Shown here: one piece after another, positions 26,310 through 37,968 of the stretch
Layout: each line of letters opens with the position of its first letter
How positions within the stretch are numbered: position 1 is the first letter of the stretch
Assembly: GCA_051362555.1 (NCBI GenBank)
Contig: CM120641.1
Coordinates: 49,303,316 to 49,367,315, forward strand
Direction of reading: 5' to 3'
From: Lingula anatina
Lineage: Eukaryota > Animalia > Brachiopoda
DNA: 64,000 nucleotides
The notes under the pieces: generated by a model
What the model saw: the letters and a program-made list of their open reading frames with translations, nothing else
Told to the model about the DNA's origin: nothing
Database searches by the model: none
Made by a program: the position numbers and the translations under genes

Positions 26310-26460
26310 CTGAAATACACATTCCATTACAGCGATTATCTATCAACTGCGGTGATTATGGCCAAATCTATCTTATATTTAAATGCTTTTTGAAACATTC
26401 TTCTTTGGGCTTTAGTACATAAACATTAAAGGGATAATAACTCTTTGCATGAGATCTATA

Positions 26461-26778
26461 TTTACCTCCGCCAAGGAGGCTATGTTTTCACCCCTGTTTG
26501 TTTGTTTTTTTTTTGTTTGTTGATCTGTCTGTCTGTCTGTCTGTCATCAACATAACTCAAAAAGTTATGGACCGATTTTGATGAAATTTACAGGAACTGT
26601 CAGAAGTGGGCCAAGAAACATACTTAGTTTTTGGTGGTGATCCGGATCAATAATCAATCAATAATAAATAATAAAAAAACTTAATCATTAAAGAATGAAA
26701 ATTTAGGGGTGAAACGGCATTGGGTAGAGACTTTGCTGCCTTGGCGGAGGTCTGTGCTCTCGGAGTGCTTTTCTTGTT
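26461..26778 (+). mobile_element. Non-autonomous Helentron-associated (HINE/DINE-1-like) element
   Basis: Subterminal IRs acctccgccaagg and ccttggcggaggt, an internal (gtct)n microsatellite, a 3' hairpin-like gtgctctcggagtgc, and T-rich ends. Confidence 0.7.
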
Positions 26779-26934
26779 CACAATAAAAACATTTTGAACA
26801 ACTCATAGAAATATAATATATTCTGTTTTACCACAAAAACGACAGTTATAACTATTATTCTGATATCTGAGCTTTTCTTTAGACCACGTGACCTCCATTG
26901 ATGGCTATACTCTGTTAAAACTTTTTTAGTTAAA

Positions 26935-28362
26935 GTTGTAGATCTACCTGAGGTGGAATGTTAAGATCAACATCACTGGGGGCCTTCACCAGACTAATGT
27001 GTTATACATGTAGTGAACGTTGTAGATCTAACTGAGATGGAATTTTAAAATCAACATCATCAGGGGCCTTCACCAGACCGATGTGTTATTGTGAACGTTG
27101 TAGATCTAACTGAGATGGAATGTTAAGATCAACATAATCAGGGGCCTTCACCAGACTGATGTGTTATAGTGAACGTTGTAGATCTTACTGAGATGGAATG
27201 TTAAGATCAACATCATGAGGGGCCTTCACCAGACTGATGTGTTATAGTGAACGTTGTAGATCTAACTGAGATGGAATGTTAAGATCAACATCATCAGGGA
27301 CCTTCACCAGACTGATGTGTTATTGTGAACGTTGTAGATCTAACTGAGATGGGATGTTAAGATCAACATCATCAGGGGCCTTCACCAGACTGATGTGTTA
27401 TAGTGAACGTTGTAGATCTAACTGAGATGGAATGTTAAGATCAACATCATCAGGGGCCTTCACCAGACTGATGTGTTATTGTGAACGTTGTAGATCTAAC
27501 TGAGATGGAATGTTAAGATCAACATCATCAGGGACCTTCACCAGACTGATGTGTTATTGTGAACGTTGTAGATCTAACTGAGATGGGATGTTAAGATCAA
27601 CATCATCAGGGGCCTTCACCAGACTGATGTGTTATAGTGAACGTTGTAGATCTAACTGAGATGGAATGTTAAGATCAACATCATCAGGGGCCTTCACCAG
27701 ACTGATGTGTTATTGTGAACGTTGTAGATCTAACTGAGATGGAATGTTAAGATCAACATCATCAGGGACCTTCACCAGACTGATGTGTTATTGTGAACGT
27801 TGTAGATCTAACTGAGATGGGATGTTAAGATCAACATAATCAGGGGCCTTCACCAGACTGATGTGTTATAGTGAACGCTGTAGATCTAACTGAGATGGAA
27901 TGTTAAGATCAACATCATGAGGGGCCTTCACCAGACTGATGTGTTATAGTGAACGCTGTAGATCTAACTGAGATGGAATGTTAAGATCAACATAATTAGG
28001 AGCCTTCACCAGACTGATGTGTTATAGTGAACGCTGTAGATCTAACTGAGATGGAATGTTAAGATCAACATCATCAGGGGCCTTCACCAGACTGATGTGT
28101 TATAGTGAACGCTGTAGATCTAACTGAGATGGAATGTTAAGATCAACATAATTAGGAGCCTGTGTTATAGTGAACGCTGTAGATCTCACTGAAATGGAAT
28201 GTTAAGATCAACATCATGAGGGGCCTTCACCAGACTGATGTGTTATAGTGAACGCTGTAGATCTAAGTGACATGGAATGGTAAGATCAACATCATCAGGG
28301 GCCTTCATCAGACTGATGTGTTAAAGTGAACGTTGTAGATCTAACTGAGGTGGAATGTTAAG
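26935..28362. repeat. 78-bp minisatellite array, about 18 units, paralog of 15319-19507
   Basis: Same unit with its own variants (ttattgtgaac, gaacgctgtag). Lies in the intron after domain E copy 1. Confidence 0.97.
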
Positions 28363-28599
28363 CACTTTTTGGGAAAATGAAAGAAACCATTAAATCAGAC
28401 CTATTTTGATGAAATGTTAATTTTTGTTTTCTTAATGTATACTTATGCTTTGAAATCTAAAAAACACTATGCATTTGTTTTTCAGGAGGTTTTCTAGAAA
28501 GAAGGTTGGGTGTTTTAGTAATGTTTTTGACGAGAGCAAAGTTTTCTAGCAAGTATTAACAAGCATTTGTATTCATACTGGTTATGAAATTTTACCTAC

Positions 28600-29250
28600 C
28601 GTGACTTGGGACTGACAAATTTCCAAACATAGCAATGGGGCAGTTTGACTCCATGATTTCAATAAATGTGCGCGCATTTTCTATATTGAATCCTTCGTCA
28701 AATATACAAAGACAGGAAAGTTTCCCGGAAAACCCGTTTAACTCATGTGCGAGCCCTAGTGTTATATTGTATATGTATGGGAAAGCATCAGGTTCAAAAT
28801 AATGAATACGTCCAAGACTCATCCCGTTGAATATGTATACTTGTCCCGAATTACTGTCAAAAACTATGCCAATGAGGTGCCACTCGACTGGTGTATTAAA
28901 AACTCCATTTAAGACCAGTTCTTCAAATTGTAATGTTACTTCTAAAATTCCATTTCTATATTTGATAATGACAACAATAACCCCTTCAGTCGAAGACAGA
29001 TGCATCACTCTGCCCCAGTTACCGGAGTCCATGGCGATGTAAAAATAGACTGCAAAGCTGGGGCCATGTTCGTTTAGCCGTAGGATACCCGTGGAAGTTG
29101 ACGCCAGAAAGCCAAGCGCCTCCATAGCATAATGGGGGGGTCCAGAGACCAAATCCACGTTGTATATTTCTATTGCTTGTTCACGTCCCGTGATATCTTC
29201 ATTTAGGTAGTCGAAATCTAACGGATACACGGCAATGGGATAGGGCACAC
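28600..29250 (-). CDS. Giant receptor, LamG-like domain E, copy 1
   Basis: tttcag|GTGTG ... CACG|gtaggt, 651 nt, phase 1-1, 3 codons longer than copy 2. Confidence 0.85.
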
Positions 29251-29533
29251 CTGAAACGGATACATGGATAACTTGGTATTCTATATTTATGTTGCAACAA
29301 ATGATAATTTATGGGCTATGGTGCATCTGTATTGGGTACATTTGTACATTGTAATTTAATAATGGAATAGGGACAATAACGCCATTTCACACAAGGCCAA
29401 TCATTACATGTAGATAATGTAGAAAATGTACAGTTGCTGACGATTACTATAAATATGTTCATAGATAAATAAGTTTGAGCTGTCTAGTGTAAGGGATGCC
29501 CCAGAAAACTGTTAAGATGTCTGTCTGACATAC

Positions 29534-30193
29534 CTCTATCGAACGGGACGGCTGGAAAAGATTCCACGGGGCAACCCTCGTTCAAGTAGTCTGCATAGTA
29601 ATATATACTTTCGACAGGAAGAGCTACATCAAACAGAAGGATGCAGGCTAATTCACCTATGAAACCGTCGTTACTACCGCTCGTTCCAAATAGAATTGAC
29701 GTTATATTCCCGAGGATTGTTTCTTTCACACTGTCTACCTTGAACAGGTAGTTTCCTTTGAAGATGAACAGTTGTTCACTATCCCTATCTAAAGCCAAAC
29801 AAAGCAGATGCCATTCATCGTTAGTTGAAAAAAAGGCCCATTTAGACGTAATTCCAGGCAGGTCTACTCTGACAGTCAAGGTGCCCGAGTTCTGACGCAC
29901 CCGGACCACCATAGTGCCACCACTGTCATCAGACAGGGACACCAGACGTCTAAGGTCACTATTTTCTGGTTTCATATGGATAAACAAAGTAAACGACGAT
30001 ATTTTGGTGGCTAAGTTCACAGAAGCCTTGGATTGAGAAAACAGCTGTAGTGCTGATAACGACATGTTGGACATCACCTCAGTAAAGTATGCTTGTGATA
30101 TCTGGAGGTTGTTTCCATGTCCTGTGATGTCGATGTTCATATCCCTTTCCATCAAGGACCAAACTGCCAATGGGTTTGGTAAACTGGGTGAAT
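29534..30193 (-). CDS. Giant receptor, LamG-like domain D, copy 1
   Basis: ttccag|ATTCA ... AGAG|gtatgt, 660 nt, phase 1-1. Confidence 0.85.
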
Positions 30194-30442
30194 CTGGAAT
30201 ATTGAAAAAGAAGGCTTTAAATTCCTGTCAAAATAATCATCGATATTGTGGAAAACGTAACAATGACTGTCGTGTGCAAAAATGGAATGGATCCAAATCT
30301 ATTTAAGAATCAAGGAAATGACCTTGGAAATCTACCTAGGAATAATGTCATTTCCCATTCCTCTGTGGTGAACTTGCTGCAAGACAGAATTCTATGACGT
30401 AAATATTGAAATATGTGTCATATAGCTAGTTAAGTGCCTTAC

Positions 30443-31081
30443 CCAGATAAGCAGGTGTCGTAATGTTCGTTATATTCATGATATGGAGCACTTCCAGCAC
30501 CAGAGGGGGGTCCAGAGCCTTTCTGTAGAGGACCATATCATTCATCCAGCCTTGAAAATACGATGTCCTACTTTTACCTATGCTTATGTAGTCCACTCTG
30601 TCATACGCCATATCCACAGCGCCGAGAGCTTGAAGAGAACCATCGTCTGCATACATCTTTACTTGACCTTCATGGTATGTTATTACAACGGCGACCCACG
30701 CCCCTGTTCCTTGATATGAACTTTCTACATAGCGTAAAGAGCCTGTTGAGGAAAGGAGTCGAAGTGACATAGAAATGGTTGAGTCTTCAAGCCGTTGTCC
30801 ATATAATTGTATCACAGAATATCCGAGATATTTCATCTCAAACAATCCCCTAAGAAAGTTGACCTCCGGGCGAAATTTTAAATATATGGAAAAACTATGC
30901 GCACTTTCATTTATTGTAGATTCCAAGTAAGTTCCGCTAAAATATATGCTCCCCCGCTGATCTCCGTGGGCGTTCTCTCCTGGCTCAGCATTGTGGATAT
31001 GTAATTTGTATCCATGTCCACTCACATCCTGCCAAGGATAATATCCATTAAGAGGCCAAAAGGCACTTGGCGGAGGCATGT
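30443..31081 (-). CDS. Giant receptor, LamG-like domain C, copy 1
   Basis: 639 nt, phase 1-1. Protein identical to copy 2 in the ORF track. Confidence 0.88.
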
Positions 31082-32672
31082 CTACAATATATAACAATGA
31101 ATACACACAGTTATCTATTATATAACTACCTGGGATGGTAGGTATGATATTTTATATATACGTCGTGGTTGGGCTTGGAACTGAGTTCTCTAGGGAATCT
31201 AAGTCGACAATCTGCCTTTGCTTATTTTAAGTGTTAACCGCCCAAAATGCTTTTTGCAGGAATTTTTTTAGGGAATTTTAGCGTTTAGTCTTCAGTTTAA
31301 GTCCTTACAATTAGTCCTAATAGTCTTAACACTGGATTTTACTAACAGAGGACTATCTTGCCACGGTGACTGCATCTAAGGTTGGCCAGGCGTTCAAAAA
31401 CGCTTAAAAACGTCAGTTTAAATGAGCTATCCGAGTACGCTATTATATTTGTTAAAGAAATTTATATATATATATATTTTTATAATAAGAATAAACTATC
31501 AGTTTCAAGTTTTGTGTCAACATTTTGAAAAAGATTCCTTTACATGATTAAAATTATCAAAAACGAGAGTATTTTGTTTTTTTTTTCCAATTAATTACCA
31601 ATTAATAACGAAATAAATATTTTTAAAATTAATTTTGTCAGTTAAAGGATAAGGAAAAAACACCTTCTGTTGTACATGACATTACAATTGACCAAAGGGT
31701 AGAAACCTGACACAAATTGCAGGTAAAAAAGTTAATGTCTTGCCCAGCGCTGCCCAAATAAGTATGAAATTTTAAATTGTCAAGGTAGGCTGAGATAATC
31801 TGACCTTGCTTAGAGCAAGTATTACCGGTCAAGACAAGGCCAATACCAATATCCATCCAGTTTCAGACAACAATATATTGCCAACAAAAATGAAAGGCAT
31901 GACCAATGTTCCTTTGCAAATTCATACATGTTTGAAAGCCAAAGAACCTCTTTTCGTTTATATATGGCTTTTTAAAAATCGCTTTTCCCAAATATGATAT
32001 TTAGGATGTGGTAAAATTACCCTCAGCTGATCTCACGGCCCCACTAACATGCTGTACAAAATAACAACATTTTTGTAACAGACTACTAGTGCATGCTGTG
32101 GTCAGAAAGCAGGGTAATATAAGTGTGTACAGTGTGAACATGTGAGTTACATGTTTAGTTTGAAAGGCTTAGGAAATTAATATTGATTAGAAATACATGA
32201 CAAATGTATCTTCTAAATTAATATAACTAGATGAGGGGAAAATAGCATGTATGTGTGTGCATGTCATCTTGCCGCACTTAACTGGGGCTAAGAAATACTT
32301 GCACTTAATCAACACCGATATATGAATCTGATGTTGACTATCAAATATTGTCTCAGTCTCAACTTTGATGGGACCTGGTGCCATTTCGACCCGGTGTAAA
32401 CTGCTGCATAGCCAGTCTTTCCTTAATGCACTACCAATACATAAATAAAGTTTTAAATTGGAAAGACTTAAGTCATACAGATAAATTTTGATCGGCGTTT
32501 AGAATATGTCGATTGGTACACGTACTGGTTCTTATAGCAAAGAATGCTGTTGCACGTAGACCTACATAACATAAGGACGCCTACCTTTACCTTATGAAAT
32601 AACATATCATAGATAATACATGGGATTGTTCGTGAAATAAACCATAAAAATGACAAAAAACGATTAATATAC

Positions 32673-33338
32673 CTTGATCGTAACGTAGTTTGACGTTTAC
32701 CAAGAGGTGCTGGCAGCCGGTTGCGTTCATTTGTGAGGAAAGTCTCCATAATTTCTCTAACGATAAAGCTTCTCTGTATAACTGCAGACAAGACAGTGCC
32801 CCGCTGAATATGCCCCAGTTCCCGGTGCGGAACAATAACAGCGCATTTTCAACTGAAAAGCTGCTCCGGTAGTCTGCCACGATAAGATGGTTGCCCTCGT
32901 GGACGTACAGTTGCTGTCGGTCAGCATCATAAATGATGAAGAGATAAAACCAGCTTCTATTAGCATTGACTGCCAGATCTCCGATTATCACGCCCGGATA
33001 CAGGTACACGTTCACCGTCAAACGTTCACCGTCATATTTCACCCCAACCCTAAAACTGTTCTCCACCCCAATCATTCCAGTCGTGGCTATGGGGCCAATC
33101 ATGTTGAACGGAACACACAAAGTAAACGAAGTCAGGTTATATTTCGCCATGCTGTGTACTTCACCCAGACCAGAGCTAGTCGATGTAGGGAGCATAGCTG
33201 CGTCCCGTGTATTCCCTGGTCCAGTGGTAGGGACCACACCACCTAACAACATAGCACCCTCTTCCACAGACATACTCATTACGTCCACATTAGGGTACTC
33301 AGAACTAAGAGGCCAAACTGCTAGCGGTACTGGAAACA
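32673..33338 (-). CDS. Giant receptor, LamG-like domain B, copy 1
   Basis: 666 nt, phase 1-1. One amino-acid difference from copy 2 (AAML versus AALL). Confidence 0.85.
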
Positions 33339-33660
33339 CTGAAAAATGATTAAATAAATATCTGATGTTGAGATAACATTAAACTAGGGGCTACTACAGG
33401 TGTCAATACATGTAAGCTCAATCTTTGTATAGGGTACGGAATGAACTTGGAGTTGAAAGATGCATTTACATCTTACACATTTATTTCTTGGCAGAGGAGA
33501 GGAAAACATGTATTAAATGGTATCACCAAAATTTTTCATGCCAACACGATAATAGATTTAGGTAATTAAGGGCTCTCTGTGAACGACACGAAACTGTTAG
33601 TATTTATTTGGATTAACTGCAATATGGTATCGGGACATTTTAATCTTACTGAAATTTAAA

Positions 33661-33933
33661 GCAAAAATTCATTATTATTAATTTTATGCAGTTTCAAGTA
33701 TATATTTTATGTTTATGAAGTCACGACTATTAATGTTCATCATCCGAGATAGCAAAAATTCATTATTATTATTATATGCAGTTTCAAGTATATATTTTAT
33801 GTTTATGAAGTCACGACTATTAATGTTCATCATCCGAGATAGCAAAAATTCATTATTATTATTATATGCAGTTTCAAGTATATATTTTATGTTTATGAAG
33901 TCACGACTATTAATGTTCATCATCCGAGATAGC
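33661..33933. repeat. 90-bp tandem repeat, 3 copies, inside a ~1-kb copy-1-specific intron segment
   Basis: gcaaaaattcattattatta...catccgagata recurs at 33661, 33752 and 33842. Confidence 0.92.
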
Positions 33934-34728
33934 CCAAAGTCTTGCAGAGTAAAATTAACAGATTTCGCTGGATTAAGAGGAGTCTAGGAGGGTCTAGCAA
34001 CAATGGCAGACTAGCGAGTGACAAATGCGACAAACTTAATCTGACAGTGTCTATCAAAGGATATTGTCATAGCTATTTAATTTAATGTTCTGTAAACTAT
34101 GACAGTCTTTTGCACAACTGTATGCCTTCGCCATGTTTTGTGCGTTGCTTTTGTGTTGCATTTTAAGACGAAATGCCTGGCTTATTGTCTTTTATCTTGT
34201 TGTGCTTTCATTCTAAATACTGGGGTTAAAATTAAATTCTTTATTTTATTAAAAAAATGCCCAAAACCGATTTCTTATAATATCTTCATAGGTCGTTCAA
34301 ATTCAAGTATATAAGCACAGCAAGTATTATGCAGTACAATGTAACTAAGAAGCAGTAATACTTTATAAGGTCGCAAAGGTGTCAAATGTACAGACAAAAG
34401 GCAGGAAATAATGATGCACAAAATAATCAATTTAATCAGTTTTGACGAAATATTACATAATACTGTTTTCGAACTGGACCTTATTAAAGTAATATTCATT
34501 AGTCTTGTAAGGTTTAAGACAACAGGTCAAAGAGTTTCCCTCCATATCTGTGTTGCAAATTTGATTAAAAAAAAAAAATAGCTTCATGTACATGTCTTGA
34601 GAAATGATCCAGTCAAACTGATTTTCCAACTCGTCCTAAATTTTATGAATATTCATCAGTTCTGAAATTTGAAGACAACAGCTGTGTCTGTACATAAAAA
34701 ATAATAGTCAGACAGTAATTATATAACA

Positions 34729-34766
<38 letters not shown>

Positions 34767-34869
34767 TGATATACATCCCCTTATAACAACATCGCTATGA
34801 TAAAAGGCACTTTTAATATATGGAACTACGGACCTCGAATTTTGTTCACTAACCTGTAGATTTACTCAC

Positions 34870-35538
34870 CTGGATCTTGTGCAGGAATAGTAGTGTTCCA
34901 TGATTCCAATGTACAGAGACCTTCAGATATCCAGTTGACAGTGTGCTTAATCTGCAGACTTATAAGTGACATGTTAAACAGGTGCGCACATGCCACTGAC
35001 ATGGTTCCATATCCAATATTGAAAGTGTGAATGGGGCGTGTAGTCAGAGGGGCGGGCAGCAGGATGCTACCAAGAACTGTGTCGTTCTCGAAAACGTCCA
35101 ATCGGTTAGAGGTACTGTTGTAGGATAATGAAAAGTACAACCATCGGTTTTCTCCAACATCAAAAGTGTCTTGTATCTTCTTGACGCCTGAGTGAAAAAC
35201 TCCAAATGTACACTGATCGGAGGCGTTCTCAACTACAATCATTTTAACGGCCATTTTGATGACGGTTTCCTGCTCACCATCTTCCAGCGTAAATAATGTC
35301 ATATAGGACTGACTGGTTAGATAGACAGGTACAATGACTGTAAACGATGCCAACTGAAAATCCGATATATTAGCCGTAGTTCGTGAACTAGATTTGAACG
35401 AAAACGCCCCCCTCTCCTCGCCACGGACTCCCTCTGTCAAAGTGATGTAATGAAGTGTCAGCGGAATGTCAATGTCAGTGACACTATGGTAGAGGTAAAC
35501 ACTGTTCATAGGCCACAGTCCAATAGGTTGATGTATAT
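34870..35538 (-). CDS. Giant receptor, LamG-like domain A, copy 1
   Basis: tatttcag|ATATA ... CCAG|gtgagt, 669 nt, phase 1-1. Confidence 0.85.
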
Positions 35539-35757
35539 CTGAAATACACATTCCATTACAGCGATTATCTATCAACTGCGGTTATAATAATCTATCTTAT
35601 ATTTAAATTCTTTTTTGAAACATTCTGCTTTGGGCTTTAGTACATAAACATTAATTATATTATCGATATGTACATAAACACTGCGTGTTTTCAGTTCACA
35701 ATGTACCAGTAGTAAACACCCTTAAGTTGTCTTATCAGATATTAATATCGTCCTTAC

Positions 35758-35830
35758 CTGAAGAAGTTGTAGAAAAGGCTGGCAGGGTTATCAAGATGAG
35801 GACTACTTGTACTGAGGCAATGTGACGTGC
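35758..35830 (-). CDS. Giant receptor, putative signal-peptide exon
   Basis: ttttcatccag|GCACGT ... TCAG|gtaagg, 73 nt, phase 0-1. Encodes ARHIASVQVVLILITLPAFSTTSS and joins in frame to domain A. Confidence 0.7.
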
Positions 35831-36176
35831 CTGGATGAAAACAAACAAACATAATATACACTCTCTGTTGTAGAAAAGGCTGGCAGGGTTATCAAGATGA
35901 GGACTACTTGTACTGAGGCAATGTGACGTGCCTGGATGAAAACAAACAAACATAATATACACTCTCTGTTGTAGAAAAGGCTGGCAGGGTTATCAAGATG
36001 AGGACTACTTGTACTGAGGCAATGTGACGTGCCTGGATGAAAACAAATAAACATAATATACACTCTCTGTTGTAAAAAAAGGCTGGCAGGGTTATCAAGA
36101 TGAGGACTACTTGTACTGAGGCAATGTGACGTGCCTGGATGAAAACAAACAAACACATAATATACACTCTCTGTTG
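35766..36176. repeat. 101-bp tandem repeat x4 containing the splice acceptor and most of the signal exon
   Basis: gttgtagaaaaggctggcaggg...ctctct recurs at 35766, 35867, 35968 and 36069. Confidence 0.95.
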
Positions 36177-36942
36177 AAACCCCTCAAATATACAGCAAAT
36201 TACATATTGACATTCAATATGAAACATTTGTTTCAAAGGTATGTCTAGGAAAAAATGTATGATTTATTTCTTAAACGTGCATTTCGTGTGAATTATGAAA
36301 GCAGATAAATGTGTAGTATAAGTAACAATTAACTGCCTGCCTTGCCTAAGGCTTTGCTGCATTACGTAAAATGTGGTGATGTCTTTGGGTCGTACTCTTT
36401 GGGCTGGTCTAAGTATGATTATGGCAGAGCATGGTTCAGTCAAGATAGTCTCAATATTTCGGCAACGCCGGCACAGAAGATTTTGACATTTTGCATAAAG
36501 TAGCGGATATTACCGTGCGTAACCTGAGCGAAGAAAAGAGTTACAACTTTGTTGCTCTGCGACATAATGGCGAAAATCAGAGACATTGCCAGACAGATTA
36601 TTGTGTTACAAGGAACACACTGCACAGGTTTACAAAGGTATGCTCAGACTGGTGTATCTCCACACAGACCATGCCCAAGGCATCCAAAACTTACCACCAG
36701 GGAACAAGATCCATTGTTTTGCTGTTACAAATAAACAAAAACAACCAGTTCCCTTTAGAATGAGGGCAAATATTCACCAAAAAGCGTTTTTCAAGGCCCA
36801 TTGTAATCGACAGACTGGTTTTAGCAGGTCAACATACCAGGCAACCTCCGAGTAAAACCCTGTAACACCGTCACCTATTTCTGCAATGAGTTGGGAACTA
36901 TTAACGTTTCTGGGCACAGCACTAAAAACATGGTTTTTACTT

Positions 36943-37130
36943 CCCAGCAGGCATAGTGACATTGGATCAACGTTGAAAACAGGTTGGGCCGTTGATCTAC
37001 CTAAATTCAACGTCAAATCAATGGTCATCAATGTTGATCCAGCCACATCAAAACGCCGTCATAATGTGACGTTGACTCAATGTTGTATTTTGGTCGTTGA
37101 CTCAACGTTGTTGTTTGGTCGTCGTGATGC
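36943..37130 (+). mobile_element. Truncated non-autonomous DNA transposon end (CCCAGCAGGCA terminus with CAACGTTG subrepeats)
   Basis: Starts cccagcaggca with repeated tcaacgttg/gacgttga palindromic motifs. No matching right end is seen; a LINE fragment follows. Confidence 0.4.
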
Positions 37131-37209
37131 AAGACATGGATCGTTATTTAATTAGATTTAAGAAGGAATTTGTGTGTGAAAATTATACCCACATGGCCCA
37201 AAAAAAATA

Positions 37210-37500
37210 TCAGAGATAACTTCTGCAAATAACGTGTGAGCGCCCACAATCTCTTTATTGAACGGGGTAGGCACTGCAAGCCAAAAATCCCTGCAGAGTT
37301 GAGATTTTGTAAACTTTGCCACTCGTATAAAGTAGAAGATGAGTTCCACCTCCTGCTAGAGTGCAAAGCATATGACTCAATACGTGATTCTTTCAGAGGG
37401 CAGATGTCGGAGTTCCTGCTCCTAGGCGACCTCAGCAATAATGATCTGTTTAATTTTCTTATGGGTGCTCAAGATTTAGATATTCGAAGACTGGTCATGT
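37210..37500 (+). mobile_element. 5'-truncated non-LTR retrotransposon, ORF2 C-terminal Cys/His domain
   Basis: RVSAHNLFIERGRHCKPKIPAELRFCKLCHSYKVEDEFHLLLECKAY matches the H.L.IE.GR...R.C..C....EDE.H.LL.C..Y motif of LINE C-termini (RTE-X/Daphne-like). An in-frame stop lies just upstream. Confidence 0.8.
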
Positions 37501-37932
37501 TTTTACAAATAGATGCTTCCAACAAAGGGAACAAGGGAACAGACCCTCTTTTAATACATTCTACCTTTTCAGAATATGTATTTAAATTCATCACATATAG
37601 CTTTCCACTAGGCTATACATTCTATTTATTTATTTATTAGACAATTTATTGTCATTTTTTACTACACATTTATTAAATTAAATCTAAATGTGTGTCCATG
37701 CCTTGTAGATTTAAGTGTCTGTAGTTGTTTATTTAACCACTGTGATTGTACATTATATGTAAATGTTGAGTTCAGTCAACATTCCATTTCCAGTGTGAGA
37801 TCTAATATGCGCTGTCAGCAGAGACTAGGCGTGCAGATCGGGCCTGGTTAAATGATTTCGAAACACACATATATCTCTCTATGTAGCCTTTATATAAACA
37901 TTATAATCATATATATATATATATATATTTAC

Positions 37933-37968
37933 TTGTTTGTGCTTTGTCATAGTTAGAAGTGCTGTCAT
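37933..37968 (-). CDS. Candidate start-codon exon of the giant receptor
   Basis: (MTALLT)MTKHKQ|gtaaat ends in phase 0, matching the phase-0 acceptor at 35830 and giving MTKHKQARHIASVQVVLILITLPAFSTTSS. The frame stays open up to 38199. Support is phase compatibility only. Confidence 0.35.

Noticed and set aside
33684-33987. ORFs with 30-aa repeats on both strands
   Set aside because: By-product of the 90-bp intronic tandem repeat, absent from the paralogous intron.
19802-35575. Ten independent single-exon genes as given by the ORF track
   Set aside because: ORF starts and ends run into intron sequence, no ORF has its own signal peptide, and consistent phase-1 splice sites flank each domain.
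36695-36714. ATG exon MDLVPW with a perfect GTAAGT donor as the receptor start
   Set aside because: It ends in phase 2, and joining to the 35830 acceptor reads WHVTLPQYK then stop.
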